In this document: in pieces, positions 45,939 through 55,236 of the stretch
How the letters are laid out: each line of letters begins with the position of its first letter
Numbering within the stretch: the first letter of the stretch is position 1
NCBI GenBank assembly: GCA_002840305.1
Contig: PHAI01000002.1
Location: forward strand, 266,707-330,706
Length of the DNA stretch: 64,000 nucleotides
Origin: Candidatus Falkowbacteria bacterium HGW-Falkowbacteria-1
GTDB lineage: Bacteria; Patescibacteriota; Patescibacteriia; Patescibacteriales; UBA12465
Direction of reading: 5' to 3'
Position numbers and translations under genes: made by a program
The notes under the pieces: model-generated
What the model saw: only the letters and a program-made list of their open reading frames with translations
Told to the model about the DNA's origin: nothing
Database searches by the model: none

Positions 45939-48494
45939 TTAAATAAAAGTAACACTAGAGACCATATCGTCGCTATTCTTAAATCGCATTATTCTGACAC
46001 CTTGAGTATCTCTTCCTAGCTCATTAACTGATTTAAACGGCAACCTGATAACTTGACCCTTGTCAGAGATAATAATTAAATCCTTGCCCTCCATAGAATC
46101 TTTGTTTAGGACAAAAGCATTACTAATTTTTCCAGTTTTGTCAGTAACCTTGGCAGTCCTGATACCACTACCTCCACGACCTTGGGTTTTGTATAAACTC
46201 AAATCAGTTCTTTTGCCGAAACCCTTATCCATAATAGTAGTTATCTGATAGCTCCTCTTTACTTCTTTGTCGGTCTTAATAATACCCATTCCAACCACTA
46301 TGTCATTTCCTTTTAATTTTATTCCTCTCACACCAGAGGCATTTCTGCCCATGTCGCGAACTTCTGTTTCTTTGAATCTTATGGCTTGACCGTTGGTTGT
46401 TATCAAACTGATATGATCAGATCCAGACGTTGGTTTACACCAAATAAGGCGATCATTGTTTTTTATTTTTATAGCTATCAAGCCGCTACGACGAACATTA
46501 GAGAAAGCATCGGTTTTCACTTTTTTAACCAACCCCTTCTCAGTAGCAAAAAACAAATAACTATAATTTGCAATTTTATCTAAGGGTAAAATAGATGTCA
46601 CTTTTTCACCGTTTATTAATTGTAAAAAATTAACAATCGGAGTTCCCTTGGCAGTTCTTGAAGATTGTGGTATTTCATGAGCCTTTAACTGAAAAGTTCT
46701 ACCTTTAGTAGTAAAGAATAAAATATCATTATGAGTTTGGGTAATGAACATAAACTCGACAGAATCTTCTTCTTTTGTTGTGAGCCCGATAACACCCTTT
46801 CCTCCTCTGGCCTGAACCTTGAATGTATCTGGCTCCAACCTCTTGATGTAACCGTCTCTAGTCATCATTACCATAGTATCTTCATTTGGAATAAGATCTT
46901 CAATGTTAAAATTCTTTACACCATGAGAAACGACCTGCGTTCTTCTATCGTCACCGAATTTTTCTGCTAATTCATTTATTTCATCTTTTATAATTAATCT
47001 CATTTTAGCTTTAGAGCTTAATATGGCCTCTAATTCCTTTATCAATTTCAACTTCTCCTTTAATTCATCTTCTATTTTAATTTTCTCCAAATTAGCCAAA
47101 CTCTGCAACTTCATCTCCAATATAGCAACGGACTGCTTCTCTGAGAGTTCAAATTTCTTTATCAAATTATTTCTAGCGTCTTCTCTATCGGACGAAGCTT
47201 TAATGGTCTTAATAACTGCATCAATATTATTTAAAGCTATCATTAACCCCTCTAAAATATGAGCTCTGTCTTTGGCCTTATTTAATTCAAACTCTGCTCT
47301 CCTGCGCACAACTGATTCTCGATGCTTTATATATTCTTCCAAAACCATTTTTAGAGTCAATACTTTTGGTTGAATGCCTCCAACTAAGGCCAAAATATTG
47401 ACATGAAAAGTGGTTTGCAAAGAAGTGTTTTTATACAAACTATTTAAAATCTTCTTAGGATAAGAGTCCTTCTTTAAATCAATTGCGACACGAACGCCGT
47501 CTTTATCTGATTCATCTCTAAGACCTTTAACTCCTTCCAATTTTTTATCTTTAACCAAATCAGCAATTTTTTCTACCAACGTCGCCTTATTTACTTGATA
47601 AGGCAACTCACTGATAATTATTTGAAAATTACCATTTTTATCTTCTTTAATATCAGCTCTACCCCTGATAACTATACCGCCCTTACCAGTAGCATAGGCG
47701 TTTAAAATATCTCTTTTGTCATAAATTATGCCTCCCGTAGGAAAATCTGGACCTTTAACAAACTCCATCAAGTCTTCAACTGTCGCTTCTGGATTATCTA
47801 TCAAATGATTTATGGCCGAAATTAATTCTCTTAAATTGTGTGGAGGAATATTAGTGGACATTCCAACGGCGATTCCCATACCACCATTCAACAAAAGATT
47901 TGGTAGTTTGGCCGGCAAAAACTGTGGCTCTTTTTGTGAACCATCATAATTAGGAGAAAAATCAACCGTATCTTTATCAATATCAAATAACATCTCTTCG
48001 GAAATAGCTGATAATTTTGCCTCGGTATAACGCATGGCAGCGGCACTGTCTCCATCCATTGAACCAAAGTTTCCCTGTCCTCTAACTAGTGGATATCTCA
48101 TAGAAAAATCTTGAGCCATCCTAACCATTGAATCATAAACAGCAGAATCTCCATGAGGATGATATTTACCCAAAACTTCTCCGACTACAGTGGCCGATTT
48201 TCTAAATTTGGCCGAGGCCCTAAGACCGATATCCCACATAGCATACAATATACGCCTGTGAACCGGTTTTAAGCCATCTCTAACATCCGGCAAAGCACGC
48301 GAGACTATCACGCTCATAGCATAGTCCAAATAAGAACTACTCATTTCAGAAGTTATAGATTGATCCAATACTAAACCATATTCAGTTTGACGACGTTCAC
48401 CAACAAGCCCCGTTACTTGGTTCTCCTGGTTTTCATCCTCTCCCCCTACCGTGGCCTTAGCATCACTAGATTCATTTTTATTTTTTTTATCCAT
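45939..48494 (-). CDS. gyrA: DNA gyrase subunit A
   Basis: [31 protein letters not shown] and AAAMRYTEA (active-site Tyr), plus C-terminal beta-pinwheel repeats. Confidence 0.95.
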   Translation of the reverse strand: MDKKNKNESSDAKATVGGEDENQENQVTGLVGERRQTEYGLVLDQSITSEMSSSYLDYAMSVIVSRALPDVRDGLKPVHRRILYAMWDIGLRASAKFRKSATVVGEVLGKYHPHGDSAVYDSMVRMAQDFSMRYPLVRGQGNFGSMDGDSAAAMRYTEAKLSAISEEMLFDIDKDTVDFSPNYDGSQKEPQFLPAKLPNLLLNGGMGIAVGMSTNIPPHNLRELISAINHLIDNPEATVEDLMEFVKGPDFPTGGIIYDKRDILNAYATGKGGIVIRGRADIKEDKNGNFQIIISELPYQVNKATLVEKIADLVKDKKLEGVKGLRDESDKDGVRVAIDLKKDSYPKKILNSLYKNTSLQTTFHVNILALVGGIQPKVLTLKMVLEEYIKHRESVVRRRAEFELNKAKDRAHILEGLMIALNNIDAVIKTIKASSDREDARNNLIKKFELSEKQSVAILEMKLQSLANLEKIKIEDELKEKLKLIKELEAILSSKAKMRLIIKDEINELAEKFGDDRRTQVVSHGVKNFNIEDLIPNEDTMVMMTRDGYIKRLEPDTFKVQARGGKGVIGLTTKEEDSVEFMFITQTHNDILFFTTKGRTFQLKAHEIPQSSRTAKGTPIVNFLQLINGEKVTSILPLDKIANYSYLFFATEKGLVKKVKTDAFSNVRRSGLIAIKIKNNDRLIWCKPTSGSDHISLITTNGQAIRFKETEVRDMGRNASGVRGIKLKGNDIVVGMGIIKTDKEVKRSYQITTIMDKGFGKRTDLSLYKTQGRGGSGIRTAKVTDKTGKISNAFVLNKDSMEGKDLIIISDKGQVIRLPFKSVNELGRDTQGVRIMRFKNSDDMVSSVTFI

Positions 48495-48546
48495 AAAGCT
48501 ATTTAAAATAATCTTATAAATTTTTTACTGATTCGGAAGTTTAATT

Positions 48547-49002
48547 TTATTCCAATTTTCCTTCCAGCTCTTCAATCCTTTTTTTTAAATTGTTTATATT
48601 TTCTTCACTCTCTCCCAATGCATCTTTTTGAATGCTTTCATCTAATTCTTTTTTATCGTTTATACTTTTTTCTTCTTCTATTTTTTCGCTAACTGCCTTC
48701 TCCATTATTAGACCCAACACAGAAGAAGTAGCACTAATATTATTCTCATCTATTTTGCTATCCATAAGAACAGAAAATTCTTCCAAAGTTTTATCCAAGT
48801 CATCTTTGGCAGTATCTTTGATAGTAAAAAGATCAAGACTACTTCCCTCGGCAGCTTTGCTATTAGCAAAGAAAATGTCATTAAAATCAGAAATCCAAAT
48901 AAAAAAAACAGCCAAAGTTGCAACGACAACAAAAATCATTAACCAAAATCTCTTGTCTTTTTTCTTTATAACATTTTTAAATTTTTCAAAATTCTCTAAC
49001 AT
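48547..49002 (-). CDS. Hypothetical membrane-anchored coiled-coil protein
   Basis: 151 aa with an N-terminal TM segment (FWLMIFVVVATLAVFFIW). Confidence 0.45.
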   Translation of the reverse strand: MLENFEKFKNVIKKKDKRFWLMIFVVVATLAVFFIWISDFNDIFFANSKAAEGSSLDLFTIKDTAKDDLDKTLEEFSVLMDSKIDENNISATSSVLGLIMEKAVSEKIEEEKSINDKKELDESIQKDALGESEENINNLKKRIEELEGKLE

Positions 49003-49041
49003 ATAAAAAACAAAAATAAACTTTTTAAGTACTCCAAAAAA

Positions 49042-49653
49042 TTATTCTTTATAACCATCTAAATTAACATCATATAGAATTTGTTCGGCTATTAAACGAT
49101 AAGCGATGGTTTCGCTTTTGTCGAACCAAATAGAGATTTCTCTTTCTGCCTCTTCTGGTAAATCAGAACAATGAACTAAATTTCTGACTGCTCTTTGATC
49201 TAAGTTGGACAATTCATAAGAATCAAGCGTAAAGTCGCCCCTAATTGTTCCAACATCAGAAGTTGTCGGTTCTGTTCCACCGACGATTTTTTTAACAATA
49301 GCTATTGCTTGGTTGCCTTCAAAAATCATTGGAACTATCGGACCACAAGTCATGAATTTAACTAAAGCTCCAATAATATCTCTTCCGTATTCAACAGCCT
49401 CTTTTTCTATTGGTAAACCAGCTTTTTGACGATTATCAACAACCATTTGTCCCTTTTTTAAAAACCACTCCTCGTCCTTATTGTAATGCTTCCAGCACTG
49501 ATCTTCAGTGGCCATAATCATTTTTAAGGCTACCATTTTTAAACCTGTTCTCTCAATTCTCTTTATAGTCTCCCCTATTAAAGACCTTTGGATAGCATCT
49601 GGTTTTAGAATAACAAACGTTCTTTGTTTTTTAGGATTTTCGTTCATAAACAA
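49042..49653 (-). CDS. ndk: Nucleoside diphosphate kinase (long form with an insertion)
   Basis: TFVILKPDAIQR, GTIRGDF and NLVHCSD (active-site His). Confidence 0.8.
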   Translation of the reverse strand: MFMNENPKKQRTFVILKPDAIQRSLIGETIKRIERTGLKMVALKMIMATEDQCWKHYNKDEEWFLKKGQMVVDNRQKAGLPIEKEAVEYGRDIIGALVKFMTCGPIVPMIFEGNQAIAIVKKIVGGTEPTTSDVGTIRGDFTLDSYELSNLDQRAVRNLVHCSDLPEEAEREISIWFDKSETIAYRLIAEQILYDVNLDGYKE

Positions 49654-49762
49654 AATTTAAAGCAAATTTAAATACTGAAAATCTTTTATTTTTAATTTTT
49701 AAAAAAAATAAAACAAAATTCTTAAAAAATCAAAAACAAAAGAACAAATATTTAAACCCGAC

Positions 49763-50413
49763 TTATTTTATATTATTAAAAATTATTAACTTCATATCTT
49801 CACTAGGCAAATCTCTCTTGCTGATTTTTAATTTTTCCTCAAAATTTGGAGCTATGCCTATCTCTTTGATAAATTTATCTATACCATCAATATCTATTTT
49901 TGAGCCTTCAGTCTTGTAATGCATAGGAATGACAATTCTCGGCTCAATCTGAGATATCGCCTCCACGGCTTTTTTGGCATCTAAAGTATATCTTCCTCCT
50001 ACTGGTATAAACAAAATATCAATACCTCCTATTTTCTCGAGCTGTTTATTGTCTAAAGCGTCACCCAAATCACCTAGATGAGCCAAACTTATACCCTCAA
50101 TGTCAAAACGAAAAATAATATTCTCGCCTCTCTCGGTGCCTTTTTTTTCATCATGGTAAGATTTAATTCCTTCAATAATTACACCTTTAATGTCATACTC
50201 ACCAGCACAATCTACAACAAAAGGCTTTCCTCGAAGAGCTGAAACATTAGCATGGTCTGGATGACTATGACTAACAGAAACTATATCAGCTTCAACGTTT
50301 GGCACTTTTAAACCAACCGAAGAATCAAAAGGATCAGTAATAAGCGAAACATTTTCACCGTTTATTTTTTCCTCTATCTTAAAGCAAGAATGACCGAAGT
50401 AATTTATTATCAT
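49763..50413 (-). CDS. MBL-fold metal-dependent hydrolase (UPF0173-like)
   Basis: YFGHSCF, VSHSHPDH and a length of about 216 aa. Confidence 0.75.
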   Translation of the reverse strand: MIINYFGHSCFKIEEKINGENVSLITDPFDSSVGLKVPNVEADIVSVSHSHPDHANVSALRGKPFVVDCAGEYDIKGVIIEGIKSYHDEKKGTERGENIIFRFDIEGISLAHLGDLGDALDNKQLEKIGGIDILFIPVGGRYTLDAKKAVEAISQIEPRIVIPMHYKTEGSKIDIDGIDKFIKEIGIAPNFEEKLKISKRDLPSEDMKLIIFNNIK

Positions 50414-50543
50414 AAAAAAGCAATATTAATTTTTATATTCTTTACCCTAATAAAACATACAAAAAGCTAATTTCTTAGCTTTTTAATACTCATTCATCTA
50501 CCCTTATAATAGCAAAATTTAATTTTAAGGTCAACATATATAA

Positions 50544-50575
50544 ATAAAAAACCCGTTGTTTTGTAACAACGGGTT
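50544..50575 (-). terminator. Terminator of the 385-aa island gene
   Basis: 11-bp stem aacccgttgtt / aacaacgggtt with loop ttgt and a T-run on the minus strand. Confidence 0.7.
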
Positions 50576-50595
50576 GTAAAAATTGCGCTAAATTC

Positions 50596-51753
50596 TCAAT
50601 TAGTATCAGAGGTTATTACCCCTTGACGAATTGTGAATTTTCCTTTTTGACGACGAGATACTGGTAATTCCGCTATAAAAAAGCGGTTAGTATTCGTCGT
50701 GCCTGCTGGCCTGTACATAAAAGATACATTACCGGCTGGCAAGGAAAAAGCTGTGTATCGCTCAGATGCAATCAAGGCTCGTTCGTTCTTATCTGAAAAA
50801 ACGCGACTACCAACTTCGTCCATTGTAGCCCCCCAGAAAAATTCTAATCCGGGAGACACAAATGTCCTCAAGAAAATAGTCTTTTTTCTACCAGAACCAA
50901 AGACTGTGTTATCCTTTGATCCCAATATTCCAGACAAGTCTTGAGGGACAACAGTGAGTATTACTCCGCTGCTGTCAACCGAAGCTCTTAATTTTTTTCT
51001 GGTTCCATCTTGGTTCCAGACTTGAACCCAACCATAATTAGGAATTTTTATTTCAAAGTCGAAATCATAATTCCCTGGTTCAGGCGCCTCTACAACTTTT
51101 GCGTTAACACTTTTAAGAGTGCCCTCAATGTTAACAGCCTCGCCACCTTCCACTAAAAATTTTGCATCACCCAAAGAAATAAACATTGGATAATTGATTT
51201 TAGTTTTCAAGGTGACTCTAGGAAGAGGACGAAGACCTAAGGCTTTGTCGGTTAACTCAAACTTTAAACTATGCCCAACATCGCCAGCGTTTTTATCAAG
51301 TAACTGTTCGGCTCCTAATAATTGGCCGGAAACAATTTTTGAAATTTGTTGTCCGCCATCGTTATAGGTGACCATAAACGCCAAGTGCAAAGCTTCTGTT
51401 GGTTTACTGGCAACAGGTTTCTTGTCTTTTTTATAGGTAAAATATATAACCTGCGCTGGAAAAGAAATCTCTGCATCAGCAGATTTCATTTCGTAACCGC
51501 TTGCCGAAGCAACGGGCACTGCCCAAATTCTCTCCTTCAAAAGGCTTTTATAAACGCCACTGTTTAGCGGCATAATTGTCAAATCCTTTATTCTAGAGCT
51601 GTTAGTCACTGTGATAAAAGCACTTGCGCCTCCGGCCGGCTTGTCGGTTCTAAACCAAGGATTCTGCGTCCACTCCTGAGCTTTAAGCTCAGAAAAGCAC
51701 ATTGCCACCATTAATATGGTTGGCACCAATAAGTAACGAAACATCTTTTTCAT
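50596..51753 (-). CDS. Hypothetical secreted beta-rich protein (island gene 1)
   Basis: A signal-peptide-like N-terminus MKKMFRYLLVPTILMVAMCFSELKAQE. No family was recognised. Its GC is higher than the flanks. Confidence 0.55.
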   Translation of the reverse strand: MKKMFRYLLVPTILMVAMCFSELKAQEWTQNPWFRTDKPAGGASAFITVTNSSRIKDLTIMPLNSGVYKSLLKERIWAVPVASASGYEMKSADAEISFPAQVIYFTYKKDKKPVASKPTEALHLAFMVTYNDGGQQISKIVSGQLLGAEQLLDKNAGDVGHSLKFELTDKALGLRPLPRVTLKTKINYPMFISLGDAKFLVEGGEAVNIEGTLKSVNAKVVEAPEPGNYDFDFEIKIPNYGWVQVWNQDGTRKKLRASVDSSGVILTVVPQDLSGILGSKDNTVFGSGRKKTIFLRTFVSPGLEFFWGATMDEVGSRVFSDKNERALIASERYTAFSLPAGNVSFMYRPAGTTNTNRFFIAELPVSRRQKGKFTIRQGVITSDTN

Positions 51754-51858
51754 GATCTTCTTATTTTTAAGTTAAACATTCATTTTCCTTCAAAAATATA
51801 TTGTTTGCAATACTGCGCTTGCAATACCACAAAATGTCAAAGTTCTAACAAACATATA

Positions 51859-51887
51859 ACTATATCACATATAAAAAAATTTGTCAA
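51859..51887 (-). promoter_or_regulatory. Consensus sigma70 promoter of island gene 1
   Basis: On the minus strand: gTATTGACA, a 17-nt spacer, then TATAGT. Confidence 0.6.
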
Positions 51888-51949
51888 TACCCTGACAAAC
51901 GCCCAACAAAAAAGAAGAAGGTAACCGATTTTTAATTTACAAAAAATTA

Positions 51950-51988
51950 AAAAAAATAAAAAAGGCAGTGGATTTGTTCCTCTGCCTT
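51950..51988 (-). terminator. Terminator of island gene 2
   Basis: Stem aaggcag / ctgcctt (51962-51968 / 51982-51988), followed by a long T-run on the minus strand. Confidence 0.55.
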
Positions 51989-52010
51989 ATTGTGAAATTT
52001 TTTTTGCCCT

Positions 52011-52472
52011 TTAGAAAGGCGACTCTTCTTCGTCTCCGAATAGGCCACCACCTTCAACCGCACCAGTTGTGTCAGCTACTTGAACAGAAATCGATTTTAA
52101 ACTATCAATTTCATGTTTCAGCCTTTTCTGCTCAGCCTCTATTTTGGAGGCTCGAGAATTGGCATAACCTGCACTGCGAACTGCCTTGTCGGCTTTGATA
52201 GCAACGCTGTCGACTCTTTTGTTTAGGTTGATAATCTCCTGAAAAATTTCAGGAATTTTAACCGTATCAATAACTGTCACAGTACTGTCAACCACCACAA
52301 GAGCGTTATTGACGCGAACAACAGTGTTGTTAACACCCATGATTTGGTCAAACAGCATTTTGTTTCCTGTTTCAACTCGATTTCCCAAATTGGAAATTCC
52401 AACAAATAAAACAATGCCTACTATAAGGGACAGGGCTATAGCGCCAATGCCCAGCACACGGTCTGTGTTCAT
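52011..52472 (-). CDS. Hypothetical membrane-anchored coiled-coil protein (island gene 2)
   Basis: 153 aa with an N-terminal TM segment (LGIGAIALSLIVGIVLFVGI) and an acidic tail. GGAGG lies 7 nt upstream of the ATG. Confidence 0.55.
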   Translation of the reverse strand: MNTDRVLGIGAIALSLIVGIVLFVGISNLGNRVETGNKMLFDQIMGVNNTVVRVNNALVVVDSTVTVIDTVKIPEIFQEIINLNKRVDSVAIKADKAVRSAGYANSRASKIEAEQKRLKHEIDSLKSISVQVADTTGAVEGGGLFGDEEESPF

Positions 52473-52521
52473 GATTTATCCTCCATTTTTAAGTTACTAT
52501 TAATAAAACAACTAACCAAAT

Positions 52522-52550
52522 ATATTAGCATACAAAAAAAAATTTGTCAA
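52522..52550 (-). promoter_or_regulatory. Consensus sigma70 promoter of island gene 2
   Basis: On the minus strand: cTATTGACA, a 17-nt spacer, then TAATAT. The -35 box overlaps the stop codon of island gene 3. Confidence 0.55.
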
Positions 52551-52963
52551 TAGCCAGACCTAAGTCTCTTCATTTCCGTAAAAACGCTATCTTGCACTGA
52601 CAACAAGTGGCTATAAACAGCTTGCAATACCCCGTCGTACTCATTCAATCTTTTTATGACTTTAGCACTCTTCCTTTTTTCTTCTTCCAATGAGATGCTT
52701 ATTTTACTGTTCTGTTTTTCTAAGCTTTCTATTCTACTCAACATCTCTTCTTTGTTGAAGTCACTCTTGGGCCTAGAGACAAGAACGGGCTCTCCCTTTT
52801 TAACTTTATGCACAACAGGGACAAAAGGCTCTACTTTCTTAATACCATCAAGCTTGGCATAGAAAGCGCTCGATTCATCGTTCATCTTATTCATTTTAAG
52901 AACAAGAAAGACCACAAAAACAGTGGCCAGAACAAAAAAAATAGTTAAAAGACTCTTTTTCAT
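52547..52963 (-). CDS. Hypothetical membrane-anchored coiled-coil protein (island gene 3)
   Basis: 138 aa with an N-terminal TM segment (LLTIFFVLATVFVVFLVL). Confidence 0.5.
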   Translation of the reverse strand: MKKSLLTIFFVLATVFVVFLVLKMNKMNDESSAFYAKLDGIKKVEPFVPVVHKVKKGEPVLVSRPKSDFNKEEMLSRIESLEKQNSKISISLEEEKRKSAKVIKRLNEYDGVLQAVYSHLLSVQDSVFTEMKRLRSGY

Positions 52964-53035
52964 GATATATAGTGTTTTTAGTTTTTAATGTGCAAAATAA
53001 ATACAAAAAAAATTGTATTTTTAAAAAATCTTTTT

Positions 53036-53064
53036 ATTGTACAATAAAAAAAATATAATGTCAA
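53036..53064 (-). promoter_or_regulatory. Consensus-like promoter of island gene 3
   Basis: On the minus strand: cTATTGACA, a 17-nt spacer, then TACAAT. Confidence 0.55.
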
Positions 53065-53080
53065 TAGTGACTATTGACAT
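53058..53080. repeat. 23-bp perfect palindrome containing both -35 boxes of a divergent promoter pair
   Basis: atgtcaatagt-g-actattgacat, read directly from the sequence. Confidence 0.95.
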
Positions 53081-53102
53081 AAATAATATAATATGCTATA
53101 AT
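53074..53102 (+). promoter_or_regulatory. Perfect consensus sigma70 promoter of island gene 4
   Basis: TTGACA (53074-53079), a 17-nt spacer, then TATAAT (53097-53102). Confidence 0.65.
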
Positions 53103-53232
53103 CCAAAGTTAGTACAAAAGGTTACTATAAATTGATCATTGAAAAACAATTAAAATTTCCAGTGAGATTAAAACTCGCTTTTTATTTTACTAGAAATTTT
53201 AATTAAATTATGTACCTAAAAAAACAGAAATC

Positions 53233-53784
53233 ATGGGAGAAATCAAAAAAATTACGCCTCTCGACTACATTTATGAGGGAGAAGAAATGGTTGGTGTAAA
53301 AACCACCGAATATGGCGAACTACGAATAAGCTATTGGGAAGAAAAGGAGATTCGCTCTTTTGACAATGTTGAATTCAAAATCCCGTCCATGTTTGGAAAA
53401 TTTATGAAATTCGTGCCAGAAAGAGTTCGTCTCTGGAAAAATGGCGAATTTCAAAAAATGTTGCCCCACTGGATGTACGGAGTTTTTGTAAAAGGAGTTG
53501 AAAAGGATGTCTTGGTAACGAGATGCTACTACCACTCCGACCCCAGCAAAACATCAGAGAACCTTCCATTTGGACAAACAGTTGTTGGTTCGCTAGAAAT
53601 GAAATTTTCCACAAACACTAAGACTGGTGAAAAAAAATTAATTTTAAATTTTGTCTACGGTGGTTCCCGAGAAAAAGCTCAAAAAAGAGTTATAATCGAC
53701 GGTAAGCCGGACGAAACAAAACCAAATTTTCAAATAACAGTCCCCGGCTCTGGTGGAAAAAAAATAACGGTTGTTAATATTTAA
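53233..53784 (+). CDS. Hypothetical soluble protein (island gene 4)
   Basis: 183-aa ORF with no TM segment or signal peptide. No family was recognised. Confidence 0.5.
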   Translation: MGEIKKITPLDYIYEGEEMVGVKTTEYGELRISYWEEKEIRSFDNVEFKIPSMFGKFMKFVPERVRLWKNGEFQKMLPHWMYGVFVKGVEKDVLVTRCYYHSDPSKTSENLPFGQTVVGSLEMKFSTNTKTGEKKLILNFVYGGSREKAQKRVIIDGKPDETKPNFQITVPGSGGKKITVVNI

Positions 53785-53807
53785 AAACAACCGTTAAAAA
53801 AACCTAT

Positions 53808-53838
53808 AAGCAGCAAAGAACATCTTGCTGCTTTTTTT
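53808..53838 (+). terminator. Terminator (probably bidirectional) between island gene 4 and glyQS
   Basis: Stem aagcagcaa / ttgctgctt with an 8-nt loop, followed by T7. Confidence 0.65.
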
Positions 53839-55231
53839 ATTTTTCTATTTTATCTTTAAAATAAGAAACTAAATTTTTTATATCTATTCTTTCTTGTACC
53901 ATAGTATCTCTGTCTCTAATTGTAACGCTTTCATTTTCTAAACTGTCAAAATCAACAGTTAAACAATAAGGCGTACCTATTTCATCTTGGCGACGATATC
54001 TCTTACCAATATTACCATTATCATCAAATTCGCATTTCCAAATTAATTTTAATTCATCAAAAATATCTTTAGCTTTTTTAACCAATTCTGGTTTATTTTT
54101 AAGCAATGGGAAAATGGCTATTTTAATAGGGGCCAATTTAGGTGAAATTTTCAAAACAATTCTAGCGCCATCGCCTTCGCCTTCCTCGGTATAAGCTTCA
54201 GACAAAATGGCCAAAAATGTTCTTCCTACCCCGGCTGAAGTTTCTACTATATGAGGAACGAACTTTTCACCGCTTGTTACATCAAAATAAGACAAATCTT
54301 GACCAGAATGTTTGCTATGTTGACTCAAATCATAATCACCACGAGCATGAACGCCTTCTAATTCCTTAAAACCAAAAGGATAATTGTATTCAATATCATA
54401 AGCCTCTTTAGCATAAAAAACTAAATTTTCATGTTTGTGCCATTTTAAATTCTTCTCTTTAATACCCAGGTCCAAATAAAACTTCCAGCGTGTTTCCTTC
54501 CACTCATTATAATACTTCTCTTGGGTATCCGGTTTGATAAAGTATTGCATTTCCATTTGTTCAAATTCGCGAGTTCTAAAAATGAACTGTCTGGCAGTTA
54601 TTTCGTTCCTAAAAGCTTTGCCAATTTGAGCGATACCAAAAGGAACCTTTACTCTAGCGGAATCCAAAACATTTTTATAATTTACATAAATCCCCTGACA
54701 AGTTTCTCCCCTAAGATAAGTTGGCTCCTTACTCCAGTCACCAGTAAAGTTTCCTAGATTTGATTGAACCAATAAATTAAATTTTTTACCAGGAGTAAAA
54801 TCCTTGGCGCCACAATTTGGACATTTTATTTTATCTTTATTCTTATCAAAAATTTCATTAATTTCATCTTCGCTCATCTTTTCATCGGCAAAAATACCAG
54901 CATCCTCAAGTAGCGAGTCTAGCCTTAAGCGAGAATGACATTTTTTACATTCGGTTAACGGGTCAGAAAAGCCTTTGACGTGCCCAGAGGCTTCCCATAT
55001 TTTAGGACTCATAAAAATGGCCGAATCAAGACCAACTACATCATCACGAAACTGAGTCATGGCCCTCCACCAGGCATTTTTAATATTATTCGCCAATTCA
55101 ACACCATAGGGGCCAAGATCATAAACAGCTGAAAAGCCGTCATAAATTTCTGAGGACGGAAAAACAAAGCCCCTTCTTTTACATAAAGAAACAATTTTTT
55201 CCATTTTATTATCTTGATTTTTGTTTGTCAT
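53837..55231 (-). CDS. glyQS: Glycyl-tRNA synthetase (dimeric class II type)
   Basis: IVSLCKRRGFVFPSSEIYDG, GLRGETCQGIYVNY-like motif 2 and SAGVGRTFLAIL motif 3. I chose the start at MTNKNQ (55231), which avoids overlap with argS. Confidence 0.88.
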   Translation of the reverse strand: MTNKNQDNKMEKIVSLCKRRGFVFPSSEIYDGFSAVYDLGPYGVELANNIKNAWWRAMTQFRDDVVGLDSAIFMSPKIWEASGHVKGFSDPLTECKKCHSRLRLDSLLEDAGIFADEKMSEDEINEIFDKNKDKIKCPNCGAKDFTPGKKFNLLVQSNLGNFTGDWSKEPTYLRGETCQGIYVNYKNVLDSARVKVPFGIAQIGKAFRNEITARQFIFRTREFEQMEMQYFIKPDTQEKYYNEWKETRWKFYLDLGIKEKNLKWHKHENLVFYAKEAYDIEYNYPFGFKELEGVHARGDYDLSQHSKHSGQDLSYFDVTSGEKFVPHIVETSAGVGRTFLAILSEAYTEEGEGDGARIVLKISPKLAPIKIAIFPLLKNKPELVKKAKDIFDELKLIWKCEFDDNGNIGKRYRRQDEIGTPYCLTVDFDSLENESVTIRDRDTMVQERIDIKNLVSYFKDKIEK

Positions 55232-55236
55232 ATGTT

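Noticed and set aside
46060-47262. Several 60-80-aa plus-strand ORFs inside gyrA, and similar antisense ORFs inside hisS, rfbB, mreB, the ABC genes, pilB and others
   Set aside because: All lie within, and antisense or out of frame to, strongly supported conserved genes. Their low-complexity composition is typical of shadow ORFs in AT-rich DNA.
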